Of a stretch of DNA of 64,000 nt, positions 9,012-21,331 are shown piece after piece. The notes below the pieces were generated by a model. The model ran no database searches and was not told the origin of the DNA. It worked only from the letters and a program-made list of their open reading frames with translations. Source of the stretch: an uncultured Gemmatimonadaceae bacterium (GTDB lineage: Bacteria > Gemmatimonadota > Gemmatimonadetes > Gemmatimonadales > Gemmatimonadaceae); the NCBI GenBank assembly GCA_963817955.1, contig CAWFQK010000003.1:1-64000 (forward strand), read 5' to 3'. Position numbers and translations under genes: made by a program. How positions within the stretch are numbered: the stretch's first letter is position 1; each line of letters opens with the position of its first letter.

Positions 9012-10620
9012 TCAGACGCCAGCGTAAATGCTGTCGAAGAGCGTGTTCATTCGTGAGCCACAGGACGTCATTGCCGATGGCAAACTCTCCCGCATCGACC
9101 TGACTTGTCTATTCCGGAACGAGATTGATGATGGAGCGACGGATCTCACCTGATGACCAATTCTCCTGCGCGTCGCGAATGAGATGCGTAACGCCATCGG
9201 CGTTCTCTTCGGGCGACCCGGCGCCTCGTGCACGCGGGATCTTCGGGTGCTCGGTTGGCGTCACATAGTCTCCCCGGAAGAAGATCTCCTCGAAGAGCTT
9301 CTACCGGGGCGGATACCGGTCAAGCGCACCTCGATGTCCATGTCGGGCTCGAGCCCGGAGAGGCGGATGAGGTCCGTGGCGAGATCGAAGACGCGCACGG
9401 GCTCACCAAAGTCGAGCACGAAGACTTCACCCTGATCTTCGATGGCAACTGCCCGCAGCACGAGTTGCATCGCCTCGGGAATCGTCATGAAGTACCGCGT
9501 CATGTCACGGTGCGCAATCGTGACCGGGCCGCCCTCGGCAATCTGTCGCATGAATGTGGGCACGACGCCACCACGGCTGCCCAACACGTTGCCGAAGCGC
9601 ACAGGCACGTAGCCGCCACCGCGCTGCGCGGCGCACTGGTGCACCAGACGCTCGGCGATCCGCTTGGTGGCCCCATCACACTCGTGGGACGCACCGCCAT
9701 GTCCGTGGAGATCAGGACGAGAGGTTCGACATTGTACTCGGCACCAGGATTCACGACATTTCTGGTGCCAAGCACATTGTTCAACACAGCGTCTGCAACA
9801 TTGGCTTCCATGATTGGCACATGCTTGTGCGCCGCCGCGTGGAACACCGAGTACGGGCGATGTGTGGAAATCACGCTCATCATGCGCCTGGTCCCGTACA
9901 TCTGCGATGATGAGTTCGATGAGAACCTTTGGAAAGGAGCGCGAGAACTCCCGGAGCAGCTCGAATATGGAATTCTCGCCGCATCCGCTCGGGCTGGAGA
10001 CGCGCCAGTTTGCCGACAAAGCTCACTGCCGATGGATCCTCCGGCGCGCGTAACTATGACGACTTTGCCGGTGACGAGCGAGCCAACCTGCGCGAGGTCC
10101 GTCTGAATGACGTCACGATGTCACGAATGGTCTGGCCAGAGGCTGAAGTCATCGCGATTCCGACGTCGCTCGCGTTGACTCTGGCGCCACTTCTGCGAGA
10201 GAAGCCAGCGAGCCGAGTACGGGCACGTTGTTCGAAGGCGAAGCCTGTCCTTAACCGGGACGTCGTCGAGTACGGCGACCGGAATCATACCGAGCTGCGG
10301 GTTCTCCACGAGCTCCTTGACGATCACTCCGCCTGCGACCCCAGCGGCAACGATGTATGCCCGCCGGTGCCCACGCTTCTGAGAGGGGCGGTCGCGCCGA
10401 GTCGACAGGCGCATTGCGATGCGAGGGTGGTAATCGCAACAGCCCCCCGGACGCGCCGAGAGGAGAACTACCGTATACGGCAGACGAGTCGCGGTGAAAC
10501 CGAGCGTAGGGAAGTAAAACACTCCCAGCACGGCGTCGATGACCGCGCCATCAACATCGTTCTTGGCAGCGCTGCATTCGGAGTATTCGCCCAGCCCTCG
10601 CTCCTCCCGGCGCCTCTTAT
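9012..10620 (-). pseudogene. Heavily degraded CapD/PglF-like NDP-sugar dehydratase (internal deletions, many frameshifts)
   Basis: Fragments VFHAAAHKHVPIMEAN, VLISTDMAVRPTSVMG, VRFGNVLGSRG, RYFMTIPEA, GIRPG in different frames. Confidence 0.85.
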
Positions 10621-10680
10621 CGGCACGATGTTACTGCACGGAGGCATTACGGGAAGGTGTAAACTCGGCAGCCGATGTAA

Positions 10681-11604
10681 CTACGCCGTCACGGCTCCTT
10701 CCATCACCAATTCGAGTTGGCGGTCCCAGGCTGGCAAGTGTAATCCGACCCGATTGGCCAACTTGTCGCAATTGAGCACGGACCACCGTGGTCGCGCCGC
10801 CGCAGTGGGGTACGCTAGCGTGGGGATTGAGACTACTTGGGCGCACCGGTGCTCATTCCGTCGCTGGTCGAGCGCAAGGATCGACTGTGCGAACGCGTGC
10901 CACGATGTAGATCCACTCGCCGCCATGTGATACGTACCGGCGTGTTCCCTCACGCCGCCTGCGTAGTCGCCGGATATCGATATCCGCGCGAGGAGCTGGG
11001 CAGTTGCAGTCGCAATTGACCGGCTCCACGTGGGCGATCCGACCTGATCGCCAACAATCCGCAGCTCTTCGCGCTCACGCGCCATGCGCAACATCGTGAG
11101 CAGGAAGTTATGGCCTCGGAGTCCATACACCCAACTCGTTCGCAGGATAATCGACGACCCACCGACGGCTTCGATCGCGCGTTCACCAGCTAGCTTCGAT
11201 TCGCCATACACGTTGATGGGCGCCGGGATATCCGACTCCAAGTATGGGATGTGACTGGCTCCGTCGAACACGTAGTCCGTCGAAAAGTGGATCAACGCCG
11301 ACCCGATGAGCTTCGCCTCCTCAGCCAGCACGCCGGGAGCGTGCGCATTTACCGTGAAGCATAACGCGCGCTCGGATTCGGCTTTATCGACCGCCGTATA
11401 CGCTCCCGCGTTGAGTATGACCTGTGGTCGCACGCGCCGCACGAAACGTCGTATGGCTGCGACGTCCGCGAGGTCAAGCTCGTCGCGCGGCGGCGCGACG
11501 ACGTCCCCGAGCGGAGCCAGTTCCCGCACGAGCTCGAATCCGACTTGGCCGCGGCCACCCGTTACGAGCAACACGGGGCGAGCAGCTTCGCGTCTCTCGC
11601 TCAC
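10681..11604 (-). CDS. rfbD: dTDP-4-dehydrorhamnose reductase (copy 1)
   Basis: LVTGGRGQVG, NAGAYTAVDKAE, STDYVFDG, YGESKLAGE, DQVGSPT. Confidence 0.95.
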   Translation of the reverse strand: MSERREAARPVLLVTGGRGQVGFELVRELAPLGDVVAPPRDELDLADVAAIRRFVRRVRPQVILNAGAYTAVDKAESERALCFTVNAHAPGVLAEEAKLIGSALIHFSTDYVFDGASHIPYLESDIPAPINVYGESKLAGERAIEAVGGSSIILRTSWVYGLRGHNFLLTMLRMAREREELRIVGDQVGSPTWSRSIATATAQLLARISISGDYAGGVREHAGTYHMAASGSTSWHAFAQSILALDQRRNEHRCAQVVSIPTLAYPTAAARPRWSVLNCDKLANRVGLHLPAWDRQLELVMEGAVTA

Positions 11605-11607
11605 GGT

Positions 11608-12165
11608 TCAGATTGCGTAACGGGGAAGTAGAGCCTGGTCGATCGCGTCGAGCGTCGGCGCTTCACGATCCTTCTGCGACAGCTCAACGTCGCTGATTGG
11701 CCACTCGACACCGAGCCGCGGATCGTCCCAGCGCACGGAGCGCTCCGTCTCGGGATGATAGTAGTCCGTGCACTTGTACGAGAAGAGCGCCGTTTCCGAG
11801 ATCACCACGAAGCCATGCGCGAAATCGGGCGGCACGTAGAGCTGCCGCTTATTCTCGGCCGAGATACTTGCGGCACACCACTTTCCGAACGTCGGCGATC
11901 CGATCCGTACGTCGGCGGCGACGTCGAAGACCTCGCCTTCGTATACCGAGACGAGCTTCGCCTGTGCGTGCGGACACTGGAGGTGCAAGCCGCGGAGTAC
12001 GCCGCGGCGAGAGCGCGAGATGTTGTCCTGGACGAACGGCCCGATGACGCCAATTTCGGCATACCGCGACACGCTGAAAGTTTCCAAGAAGAAACCGCGC
12101 TCGTCACCGTACACAATGGGCTCGATCAGGAGAACACCAGGTAAGTCGAGTTCCTTTACTTTCAC
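11608..12165 (-). CDS. rfbC: dTDP-4-dehydrorhamnose 3,5-epimerase (copy 1)
   Basis: [41 protein letters not shown]. Confidence 0.95.
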   Translation of the reverse strand: MKVKELDLPGVLLIEPIVYGDERGFFLETFSVSRYAEIGVIGPFVQDNISRSRRGVLRGLHLQCPHAQAKLVSVYEGEVFDVAADVRIGSPTFGKWCAASISAENKRQLYVPPDFAHGFVVISETALFSYKCTDYYHPETERSVRWDDPRLGVEWPISDVELSQKDREAPTLDAIDQALLPRYAI

Positions 12166-13048
12166 GGATGATTCGCCTCGGCGACCAGCCGCCGCAGGTA
12201 ATCGCCGTAGCCGCTCTTTCCGAGCCGGTCAGCCAGACGTTCGAGTTCTCCGTTCCCGATGTATCCCAGCCGCCACGCGATCTCCTCTGGCGAGGCGATC
12301 TTCAACCCTTGCCGTTTTTCTATCGTTTGCACGAACGACGTTGCGTCCTGCAACGAATCGTGAGTGCCTGTATCAAGCCAGGCTGTTCCGCGACTCATCA
12401 GCTGAATGTGTAGCGCGCCGCGCCGCAAGTACTCACGATTGACGTCGGTAATCTCGTATTCACCTCGAGCTGACGGCTTCAAAGAAGCGGCTATGTCAGT
12501 CACGCTTGGGTCGTAGAAATACAAACCTGTCACGGCGTAGTTCGACTTCGGCCGAGCAGGCTTTTCATCGAGACTCACGACATTGCCCGAGGCATCTAGC
12601 TCGGCCACGCCGTAGCGCTCAGGGTCGCTGACGTGGTACCCGAAAATTGTCGCGCCATCCGGGGAATCGGATGCGCGACGAAGTTGATCGACGAGCCCTG
12701 TGCCGTAGAAAATATTGTCGCCAAGGATCAGCGCCGAGCTGCAACCGCTCACGAATTCGCGACCGATGACGAACGCCTGCGCCAGACCGTTTGGAACCGC
12801 TTGAATGGCATACTCGAAACGCATGCCCCACTGACCCCCGTCCCCGAGCAAGGCGCGAAAACGGGGCAAATCCTCAGGTGTCGAGATGATAAGAACCTCC
12901 CGCAGGCCGGCGAGCATAGCGTCAACAGCGGGTAGTAGATCATCGGTTTGTCGTATACGGGCAGCAGTTGTTTGCTGACCACGAGGGTTAGCGGATGCAG
13001 CCGGCTGCCGGCGCCGCCAGCAAGGATAATCCCCTTCCGCCCACTCAC
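12162..13048 (-). CDS. rfbA: Glucose-1-phosphate thymidylyltransferase (copy 1; 1-bp deletion near 12918)
   Basis: [13 protein letters not shown]...[16 protein letters not shown] joined to MLAGLREV...LGDNIFYG...WLDTGT. Confidence 0.9.
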
Positions 13049-14103
13049 GTGCTTTCTCCGAGACCGAGTCGCTCTCCGCGGTACGCACCGGATTGAACGC
13101 GGCTCGTCCATTCTTGATTGCAAAGATACCACTCGACGCATTTGCGAAGGCCCGACTCGAACGTCTCCTGCGGCCGCCAGCCGAGTTCGCGCATTATCTT
13201 CGACGCGTCAATGGCATATCGCGAATCGTGTCCAGGACGATCAGTCACGAAAGCAATGAGTTCGGCGTGCGGCCGGTCCCAAGGGGACAGCTCGTCCATC
13301 AAAGCACAGATTCCGCGAACGACATCGATATTCCGCCATTCGTTGTCACCGCCGATGTTGTAAGTCTCTCCGGGAACGCCACGCTCGACCCCGGCTATTA
13401 GCGCGCGTGCATGGTCCTCGACGAAGAGCCAGTCGCGGATGTTCTCGCCGGTGCCATACACTGGAAGCGGTTTCTTCTCGAGCGCGTTCTGGATGATCAG
13501 CGGGATCAGCTTCTCCGGAAACTGATACGGTCCATAGTTGTTCGAGCAATTCGTCGTGATCGCTGGTAGCCCATAAGTACTGTACCATGCTCGTACCAAA
13601 TGATCGGAGCTTGCCTTGCTTGCCGAATACGGTGAATTCGGCGCGTACGCGGTTTGTTCGGTGAACTTTCCGACCGGCCCTAGCGAGCCAAACACCTCGT
13701 CGGTTGAGACGTGCACGAACCGAAATCTCGACTTGGCTGGCTCAGAGACAGAGCGCCAATGTCGCAGACTCTCTTGGAGCAGGACAAACGTTCCCTGCAC
13801 ATTCGTCCGAATGAACTCTCCAGGGCCGTCAATCGAGCGATCGACATGGGATTCGGCTGCCAAGTGGACAACCGCATCCGGCATGTAACGCTCGAAGCAA
13901 TCCCGGATCGCGTCCCCGTCGCAGATGTCGATCTCTTCGAACCGATGTCGCGGATGAAGATGCAGATCCGGAAGCGATTCGAGGTTTCCCGCATACGTGA
14001 GCTTGTTAACGTTGACGATCTCATGGGAGGACTCGCGCAACAGCATTCTTACGAGCGCCGATCCGATGAATCCCGCCCCTCCAGTTATGAGCAGTGTTGC
14101 CAA
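13045..14103 (-). CDS. rfbB: dTDP-glucose 4,6-dehydratase (copy 1)
   Basis: [49 protein letters not shown]. Confidence 0.95.
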   Translation of the reverse strand: MATLLITGGAGFIGSALVRMLLRESSHEIVNVNKLTYAGNLESLPDLHLHPRHRFEEIDICDGDAIRDCFERYMPDAVVHLAAESHVDRSIDGPGEFIRTNVQGTFVLLQESLRHWRSVSEPAKSRFRFVHVSTDEVFGSLGPVGKFTEQTAYAPNSPYSASKASSDHLVRAWYSTYGLPAITTNCSNNYGPYQFPEKLIPLIIQNALEKKPLPVYGTGENIRDWLFVEDHARALIAGVERGVPGETYNIGGDNEWRNIDVVRGICALMDELSPWDRPHAELIAFVTDRPGHDSRYAIDASKIMRELGWRPQETFESGLRKCVEWYLCNQEWTSRVQSGAYRGERLGLGEST

Positions 14104-14223
14104 TATCTTCTCCGATGTCGGTCGAGTTCGTACGCGCGCCGCAGAAATCTATGACAGCAGCGGCTCAGAGTACAAGAAGTGCCCACTTGCAGAGAACGAC
14201 TGTTCGTCATCATTTCCTCATCA

Positions 14224-16139
14224 ATGCGAAATCGCCATTTTCTTGTTCTCGACTTGGTGTTATTGGCGGGGCTGCCGTTTGTCGCGCTGAGCCTTCGATT
14301 TGAGTCCGTCATGTGGGCGCCTGATGTCGTCCACGGGGTTGCGATCTACGCCACGTTGGTCCTGCCGTTGCGAATTGCCGTCGCCTATGCGATGGGACTG
14401 TATCGCTGCATCTGGCGGCATGCCAGCATCAGCGAGCTCGAGCGCATTCTGTTCGCTGGTGCCGTCGCGGCGTTGGGTAGTATCCTGGTCGGAACGGTTG
14501 GACTCACGGGAAAGGTCTCGCCGCGACTCGGTTGCCTTACTCGGCGCTCGCCCTGGATGCGCTGTTGACGCTCTGCGCGCTGGCCACGCCGCGCTTGTTT
14601 GTCCGTTTCCAGAGCGCTCGAACGCATGGGTCGGCGAACGACCGGCGCGCGATCGTCGCCCGCGCCGGAGCGGCAGGCAAGCTGATTCTGCGCGAAACGC
14701 GCTTGAATCCCAAGCTGCACGTACATGTCGTCGCGTTCGTCAACGACGATCCATACAAGCAGAAGCAGTTGCTTGGGAATGTCCCGGTGCTCGGCACGCT
14801 CAACGACTTGGCTTCGCTCGAGTTGGTCGCCTCGATGCAAACGAGCTGATAATCGCCATGCCCGATGCGCGCGGATCGGTGATCCGCAAGGTGCTGCAGG
14901 CGGCAACCGACGCCGGAATTCCGGCGCGCACTGTTCCGGGGCTACACGACCTCATCTCCGGCCGCATCAAAGTGAGCTCGTTGCGCCGAGTTGAGATCCA
15001 AGACCTGCTGCGCCGCGATCCCATCGTCACCGACGTGGATGCCGTGAAGGCACTCGCGACTGGACGCACGGTGCTTGTCACGGGAGCAGGCGGGTCGATC
15101 GGCAGTGAATTGTGTCGCCAGATCGCCGCGATCGAGCCGGCGCGGCTGATCGCCCTCGACACAGTGAAAATCAAGATCTTCGAGATCGAGGGCGAGTTGC
15201 GGCGGCACTTTCCGTCGCTCGATGTCGTCGGAGTAGTTGCCGACATCCGGGATGCTGCGCGCATCCATGCAATCGTTGAACAGTATCGCCCCCACGCAAT
15301 TTTCCACGCTGCCGCCCATAAGCACGTGCCGCTGATGGAGTCCAATGTTTCAGAGGCGATCACCAACAACATCCTCGGTACGCGAAACGTCGTCGATGCC
15401 GCTCTGGATGCCGATACGGAGCATTGGTAAACATCTCGACGGATAAAGCCGTACGCCCTACGTCCACGATGGGTGCAACAAAGCGGGTGGCCGAGCGGGT
15501 CGTGCTGCACGCGGCGATGACGGAGAAACGGAATTTCGTCTCCGTCCGGTTCGGGAACATCCTTGGGTCGCGCGGATCGGTGATTCCGACCTTCTTGCGC
15601 CAGATTCAGGAAGGCGGCCCAGTTCTGGTCACGCATCCGGAAATGCGCCGCTTTTTCATGACGATCCCCGAAGCAGTGCAGCTGGTGCTCCAGGCAGGCG
15701 CGCTCGGTAAGGGCGGTGAGCTGTTCGTGCTGGACATGGGCGAGCCGATCAAGATTGTCGACCTCGCGCGCGACCTGATCCGGCTGTCGGGGCTCGAGGA
15801 GGGAGCCGACATCGAAATTGCCTACACCGGTGTGCGGCCTGGCGAGAAGCTCTACGAAGAGGTCTTCTTCGGCGGCGAGGACATTTGGCCCACGAACCAC
15901 CCAAAGGTGTTACGGACTGTCGATCAGATCGACGATCCGGAGTTCATGCCCCTGGTTGACGATCTCTGCGGCGACGCGGGGCCGGACACGTGACGAACGA
16001 TCGTGCGCTGCGCGACGCGCTCAGAAGACTCGTTCCCGAGTATGCGCGAGAAGACGCCCGCACGGATCCTCGGTCTCATCCCGCTGTATCTGGATCCATG
16101 CGAATGAGCGGAGAGGGATGGCCTACGTTGGCGAAGTAA
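14224..16139 (+). CDS. CapD/PglF-like membrane NDP-sugar 4,6-dehydratase, divergent copy, several frameshifts
   Basis: MRNRHFLVLD TM start, LVTGAGGSIGSELCRQ, HAAAHKHVPLME, STDKAVRP, RFGNILGSRGSV, RPGEKLYEE spread across 4-5 frames. Confidence 0.82.
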
Positions 16140-16203
16140 CGCGTATACTCCCACGGGCACCTCTCCCCCCCCCCTCGGCGGTGACGCGTTTAGCCCGCAG
16201 CCG

Positions 16204-16866
16204 CTAGCCGATATCCAGCAAGACCTTCACGGTCCGCAACACGATTCGCAGATCAGCCGTGAGCCGCCAATTCCGGACGTAGGACAACTCAATGTCACAC
16301 CGCTCCGGATACCCCACGCCGTGTCGTCCACTCACCGCCCATGCACCCGTCAGTCCAGGGCGCGCGGACAGCAAGAGGTCAACCGAATTGCCGTACATGT
16401 GCAACTCGTCCTCGACAACCGGGCGAGGCCCAACGAGCGACATGTCCCCCAGAAGCACGTTCCAGAGCTGGGGGAGCTCGTCGAGACTGGACTTGCGCAA
16501 GAACTTTCCGAGTTTCGTCGTGCGCGGGTCGCGATCTTCGGGAATCTTGAAATGGTTCCGTCGGTACTCCTCGTACAGCGCAGGATCGCTCTTGAGCTGC
16601 TCTTCGGCATCGATCGCCATCGTTCGGAGCTTGAGACAATTGAACAGCTTCCCGCGATAGCCGCGCGGCGGTGGGCGAAGATCGGCCGGCCGGGCGACTC
16701 GAGACATATCAGAGCGGCCAGCACCGCTATCACCGGCGCGGCCACGATCAGGCTCGCGCTCGCACCGGCCACGTCGATGATGCGTTTCAGGGCCAATGCC
16801 CATCGCCGTTGCGGGATCCTCGTGAGCTGAACGATCGCTCCTCCCGGCGCTTCGTATCGGCACCAT
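16204..16866 (-). pseudogene. Phosphoglycosyl (sugar) transferase, Bac_transf domain, 5'-truncated copy 1 with frameshifts
   Basis: KLRTM...DPRTTKLGKFLRKSSLDELPQLWNVLLGDMSLVGPRP...PGLTG; near-identical to 21331 and 26380 copies. Confidence 0.8.
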
Positions 16867-16918
16867 GTTACTGCTCGGAGGCATCTTCGGGTGAGTGGAA
16901 ACTCGGCAGCCGATGTGA

Positions 16919-17824
16919 CTACGCCGTCACGGCTCCTTCCATCACTAATTCGAGTTGGCGGTCCCAGGCTGGCAAATGTAATCCGATCATATTGGCCAAC
17001 TTGTCGCAATTGAGCACGGACCACCGTGGTCGCGCTGCCGCAGTGGGGTACGCTAGCCGTCGGGATTGAGACAACATGGACGCACCGGTGCTCATTCCGC
17101 CGCGGATCGAGCGCGAGGATCGACTGTGCGAACGCATGCCACGATGTAGATCCGCTCGCCGCCATGTGATACGTACCGGCGTGTTCCTTCACGCCGATTG
17201 CGTAGTCGCCGGAAGCTGATATCCGCGCGAGGAGTTGGGCCGTTGCAGTCGCAATTGACCGGCTCCAAGTGGGCGATCCGATCTGATCACCGACAATCCG
17301 CAGCTCTCTGCGCTCTCGCGCCATACGCAACATCGTGCACAGGAAGTTGTGTCCGCGAAGTCCATATACCCAACTCGTTCGGAGGATGATCCACGACCCG
17401 CCAATGGCTTCGATCGCGCGCTCTCCAGCCAGCTTCGATTCGCCATATACGTTGATGGGCGCTGGATATCCGACTCCACGTATGGGGTGTCACTGGCGCC
17501 GTCGAACACGTAATCCGTGGAATAGTGGATCAGTGCGGATCCGATCAGGCGCGCTTCTTCGGCGAGGATGCCGGGGGCTTCGGCGTTGATCGCAAAACAG
17601 AGTGCTCGCTCGGTTTCCGCCTTGTCGACCTCCGTGTACGCTCCGGCATTGACGATCACAGCGGGGCGGATCTGGCGAACCGCAGCACGAATGGTCTCCG
17701 GGCGAGAGAGGTCGAGCTCGGATCGCGGCGGGGCGACGACGGTGCCGAGGGCGGCGAGCTCGCGCAGGAGTTCGAAGCCGATCTGGCCGGTGGCGCCTGT
17801 TACGAGGATGAGCGGACTGGGCAC
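16919..17824 (-). CDS. rfbD: dTDP-4-dehydrorhamnose reductase (copy 2, two frameshifts)
   Basis: LVTGATGQIG...STDYVFDG; 3' half almost identical to copy 1. Confidence 0.85.
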
Positions 17825-17838
17825 GGGGGCGGTTCGAG

Positions 17839-17958
17839 GGATCCTTCGGGTGCTTCGCACCCTCAGGATGACAGGGGAGGGATTCGCACCCTCAGGATGA
17901 CAGGGGAGGGATTCGCACCCTCAGGATGACAGGGGAGGGATTCGCACCCTCAGGATGA
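17839..17958 (+). repeat. 29-bp tandem repeat (TTCGCACCCTCAGGATGACAGGGGAGGGA) x3.6 derived from a REP-like GGATCCTTCG..CTCAGGATGAC element
   Basis: Units start at 17854, 17883, 17912, 17941 with no spacers; complementary half GTCATCCTGAGCAAAGCGAAGGATCT at about 46105-46130. Confidence 0.9.
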
Positions 17959-18508
17959 AGGGGCGGGAGGAGGTCTGGCGGGATCGAGTCTAGAAACGGG
18001 GCCTCTCGGTCCTTCGCCGAGAGCTCGACGTTGGATGATGGGCCACTCGATGCCGATGCGGGGGTCGTCCCAGCGCAGGCTTCGCTCCGACTCAGGATGG
18101 TAGTAGTCGGTACACTTGTACGAGAAGAGCGCGGTATCCGACGTGACGACGAATCCGTGAGCGAAGCCGGTCGGAATGTAGAGCTGCCGCTTGTTGTCCG
18201 CCGACAGATACTCGCCGCACCACTGCCCGAAGGTCGGCGAGCCGACGCGAATGTCGACCGCGACGTCGAACACCTCGCCCTCGAGCACCGACACCAGCTT
18301 CGATTGCCCGTGCGGGTGCTGGAAATGGAGTCCGCGCAACACGCCCTGCCCGGAGCGAGAAAGGTTGTCCTGCACGAACGGCTTCACGAATTCCGATTGC
18401 CGCGTAGCGAGCCACGCTGAACGTCTCCATGAAGAACCCACGGCCGTCGCCGAACACCTTTGGCTCGATCAACCGCACGCCGGGAAGGCTCGTCTCTGTG
18501 ACCTTCAT
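17892..18508 (-). CDS. rfbC: dTDP-4-dehydrorhamnose 3,5-epimerase (copy 2, frameshifted; reconstructed stop lies in the repeat array)
   Basis: [28 protein letters not shown] joined to [30 protein letters not shown]. Confidence 0.85.
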
Positions 18509-19393
18509 GCTCGGCCGCGCTCCGCGACGAGGCCGCGCAGGTAGCTCCCGTATCCGCTCTTGCCCAACCGCTCCGACAGCCGCTCGAGCTGCGCGTCGTC
18601 GATGTACCCGAGCCGCCACGCGATCTCCTCGGGTGAGGCGATCTTGAGCCCCTGTCGCTTCTCTATAGTCTGCACGAAGGCCGACGCATCCTGAAGCGAG
18701 TCGTGGGTGCCCGTGTCGAGCCAGGCCATCCCGCGGCTCATGAGCTCCATGCGAAGCTGCCCGCGGCGCAGATACTCGAGGTTCACATCGGTGATCTCGT
18801 ATTCGCCGCGTGCCGAGGGTTTCAGTGCCGCGGCAATGTCCACGACGGCCTCGTCGTAGAAGTACAGCCCGGTAACGGCATAATTGGACTTCGGGGTCGC
18901 CGGCTTCTCCTCGATGGACAGGACACGGCCCGCCGAGTCGATCTCGGCGACGCCGTAGCGTTCCGGGTCGGTGACGTGATACCCGAAGACCGTTGCACCA
19001 CTGCCCTGCGCTGACGCTCGGCGCAGTTGCTCGATGAGACCGGTGCCGTAGAAGATGTTGTCGCCGAGGATCAAGCGCCGAGCTCTGGCCGGCGAGGAAC
19101 TCGCGCCCGATCACGAACGCCTGGGCGAGACCGTTCGGCGTGGCCTGTTCGGCGTAGGAAAAGCGCATGCCCCACTGCGCGCCGTCGCCGAGCAGCTCGC
19201 GAAAGCGCGGCAGGTCGGCCGGCGTGGAGATGATCAGAATCTCCCGCATTCCCGCCAGCATCAGCGTGGAGAGGGGATAGTAGATCATCGGCTTGTCGTA
19301 CACCGGCAGCAACTGCTTGCTGACGACCAGGGTGAGCGGGTGAAGGCGGCTCCCCGCGCCGCCGGCCAGAATGATTCCCTTGCGGCCGGTCAC
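18505..19393 (-). CDS. rfbA: Glucose-1-phosphate thymidylyltransferase (copy 2; frameshift near 19075)
   Basis: [13 protein letters not shown]...[11 protein letters not shown] joined to ILGDNIFYG...[10 protein letters not shown]. Confidence 0.9.
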
Positions 19394-20448
19394 GCGTCCA
19401 CTCCGAGGCCAAGCCGCTGGCCCTGGTAGCCGCCAGACTGTACGCGCGCCGCCCACTCCTGGTTGTCGAGGTACCATTCCACCGTCTTGCGCAGCCCGGT
19501 GTCGAAGGTCTCGCGAGGCGCCCATCCCAACTCGCGCGCGATCTTCGTGGCATCGATCGCGTAGCGCGCGTCATGGCCAGGGCGATCGGTGACGAAGGTG
19601 ATCAGCCGCTCGTGCGGCACATCGTGCGGATCCAGCTCGTCCAGCAGCGCGCAGATGCGCCGGACGACGTCGATGTTCCGCCATTCATTGTCGCCGCCGA
19701 CGTTGTACGTCTCGCCGGGAATGCCGCGCTCGAGGACGGTGCGCAGCGCACGCGCGTGGTCGTCGACGAACAGCCAGTCGCGCACATTCTCGCCTGCGCC
19801 ATAAACCGGCAAAGGCTTCTTCGCCAGCGCGTTCTGGATGGTGAGCGGAATCAGCTTCTCCGGGAACTGGTACGGGCCGTAGTTGTTCGAGCAATTGGTC
19901 GTGATCGCCGGCAATCCGTAGGTGTGATGCCACGCCCGCACGAGATGGTCGGAGCCGGCCTTGCTCGCCGAGTAGGGAGACTTGGGGGCATAGCGCGTCT
20001 CTTCGGTGAACCGGCCGTCGCGTCCCAGCGAGCCGAACACCTCATCGGTGGAGACATGCACGAAGCGAAAGGCGCCCTGCGCTGAAGTTGGGAGCGACCG
20101 ATAGTGCCGAAGGCTTTCCTGCAGCAGGACGAATGTTCCGACGACGTTCGTCTGGATGAAGACGCCGGGTCCGTCGATCGAACGATCGACGTGGGACTCC
20201 GCCGCGAGATGAATCACAGCATCCGGGCGGTGGCGCTCGAAGCAGGCGCGCATGCCCGACGCATCACAGATGTCGAGATGCTCGAAGCTGTATCGCGAGT
20301 CGAGGTCGGCACCGGGAAGCGATTCCAGATTGCCGGCATAGGTAAGCTTGTCGACGTTGACGACGCGATGGCTGGTTTCGCGTAGCAGCATGCGCACGAG
20401 TGCGGAACCGATGAATCCAGCCCCTCCGGTAACTAGCCAGGTTGTCAT
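19390..20448 (-). CDS. rfbB: dTDP-glucose 4,6-dehydratase (copy 2)
   Basis: [33 protein letters not shown]; same length as copy 1. Confidence 0.95.
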   Translation of the reverse strand: MTTWLVTGGAGFIGSALVRMLLRETSHRVVNVDKLTYAGNLESLPGADLDSRYSFEHLDICDASGMRACFERHRPDAVIHLAAESHVDRSIDGPGVFIQTNVVGTFVLLQESLRHYRSLPTSAQGAFRFVHVSTDEVFGSLGRDGRFTEETRYAPKSPYSASKAGSDHLVRAWHHTYGLPAITTNCSNNYGPYQFPEKLIPLTIQNALAKKPLPVYGAGENVRDWLFVDDHARALRTVLERGIPGETYNVGGDNEWRNIDVVRRICALLDELDPHDVPHERLITFVTDRPGHDARYAIDATKIARELGWAPRETFDTGLRKTVEWYLDNQEWAARVQSGGYQGQRLGLGVDA

Positions 20449-20461
20449 TGCACTCGCGGGG

Positions 20462-21331
20462 TCATAGCGGGGAGAACGCGCCTTCGAGGAGCGCGCGGGC
20501 ACGGCGCCAATCTGCTGTCGCCACGTACCTGACGAGATGCACCATGCGCGTAGGATAGAACCACGCGGCAAACCTGAAACGCTCGATAATTCCGTAATGC
20601 CGCGCGACCACGCGCCGGCGATTCTTGTCTCGTAACCGAATCTGGTTCGGCGTTGGCGGTGCCGCGCGTCCAATCCGGTGCAGCACGCGGGCGGACGGCT
20701 CGTACAACAGCGAATAGCCTGCCCGGGTCAGCCGCATCGAGAGTTCGACGTCCTCCACGTATGTGAAGAAACGCTCATCAAATACCCCGACGGCCCGCAA
20801 CACGTCTGCGCGAATGAGAAAGCAGCAGCCACAAACAAACGTCACAGGCATGCGCTGTTGCGTGGGGTCGCTCGGTAGGTTCTCCAGGAAATGTGTCGGC
20901 TGAACTCGTGTCGGAGACACCGTGCCGCCGCCGTACCAGACGATATTGGGCTCGTCGTAATACAGGATCTGCGGCGCCACCGCGGCGGCACCCGTATCTT
21001 CCGCCGCACGTACCAACCTGCTGACACACTCTGGATCGATCTCGGTGTCGTCGTTCAGCACAAGCAGGTACTCACTGCCGCGCGCCAACGCCCATTCTAT
21101 TCCGCGGTTGTTCCCGGCAGTGTACCCGCCATTGACCGCAGCTTTCAGGAAGCTCGTTGCCGGAAAACGGGCATGCAGCCGGTCACCCGAGCCGTCTGGC
21201 GATGCGTTGTCCACCAGCAACACCGTGAGGGCATCGTAGTCCGACTTGCCCAGCGACTCGAGACAAGCCGCGGCCTCGGCTTCGTTGCAGTAGGTGAGAA
21301 CTATGGCGGTGACGCGTTTACCAGCAGCCAC
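20462..21331 (-). CDS. GT2-family glycosyltransferase (rhamnosyltransferase-like)
   Basis: [44 protein letters not shown]. Confidence 0.9.
   Translation of the reverse strand: MAAGKRVTAIVLTYCNEAEAAACLESLGKSDYDALTVLLVDNASPDGSGDRLHARFPATSFLKAAVNGGYTAGNNRGIEWALARGSEYLLVLNDDTEIDPECVSRLVRAAEDTGAAAVAPQILYYDEPNIVWYGGGTVSPTRVQPTHFLENLPSDPTQQRMPVTFVCGCCFLIRADVLRAVGVFDERFFTYVEDVELSMRLTRAGYSLLYEPSARVLHRIGRAAPPTPNQIRLRDKNRRRVVARHYGIIERFRFAAWFYPTRMVHLVRYVATADWRRARALLEGAFSPL

Noticed and set aside
16160..16176. Poly-C tract as a phase-variation switch
   Set aside because: Lies between convergent gene ends, not in a promoter or reading frame
17854..17958. 29-bp repeats as a CRISPR array
   Set aside because: Units are directly adjacent with no unique spacers and no cas genes in the window
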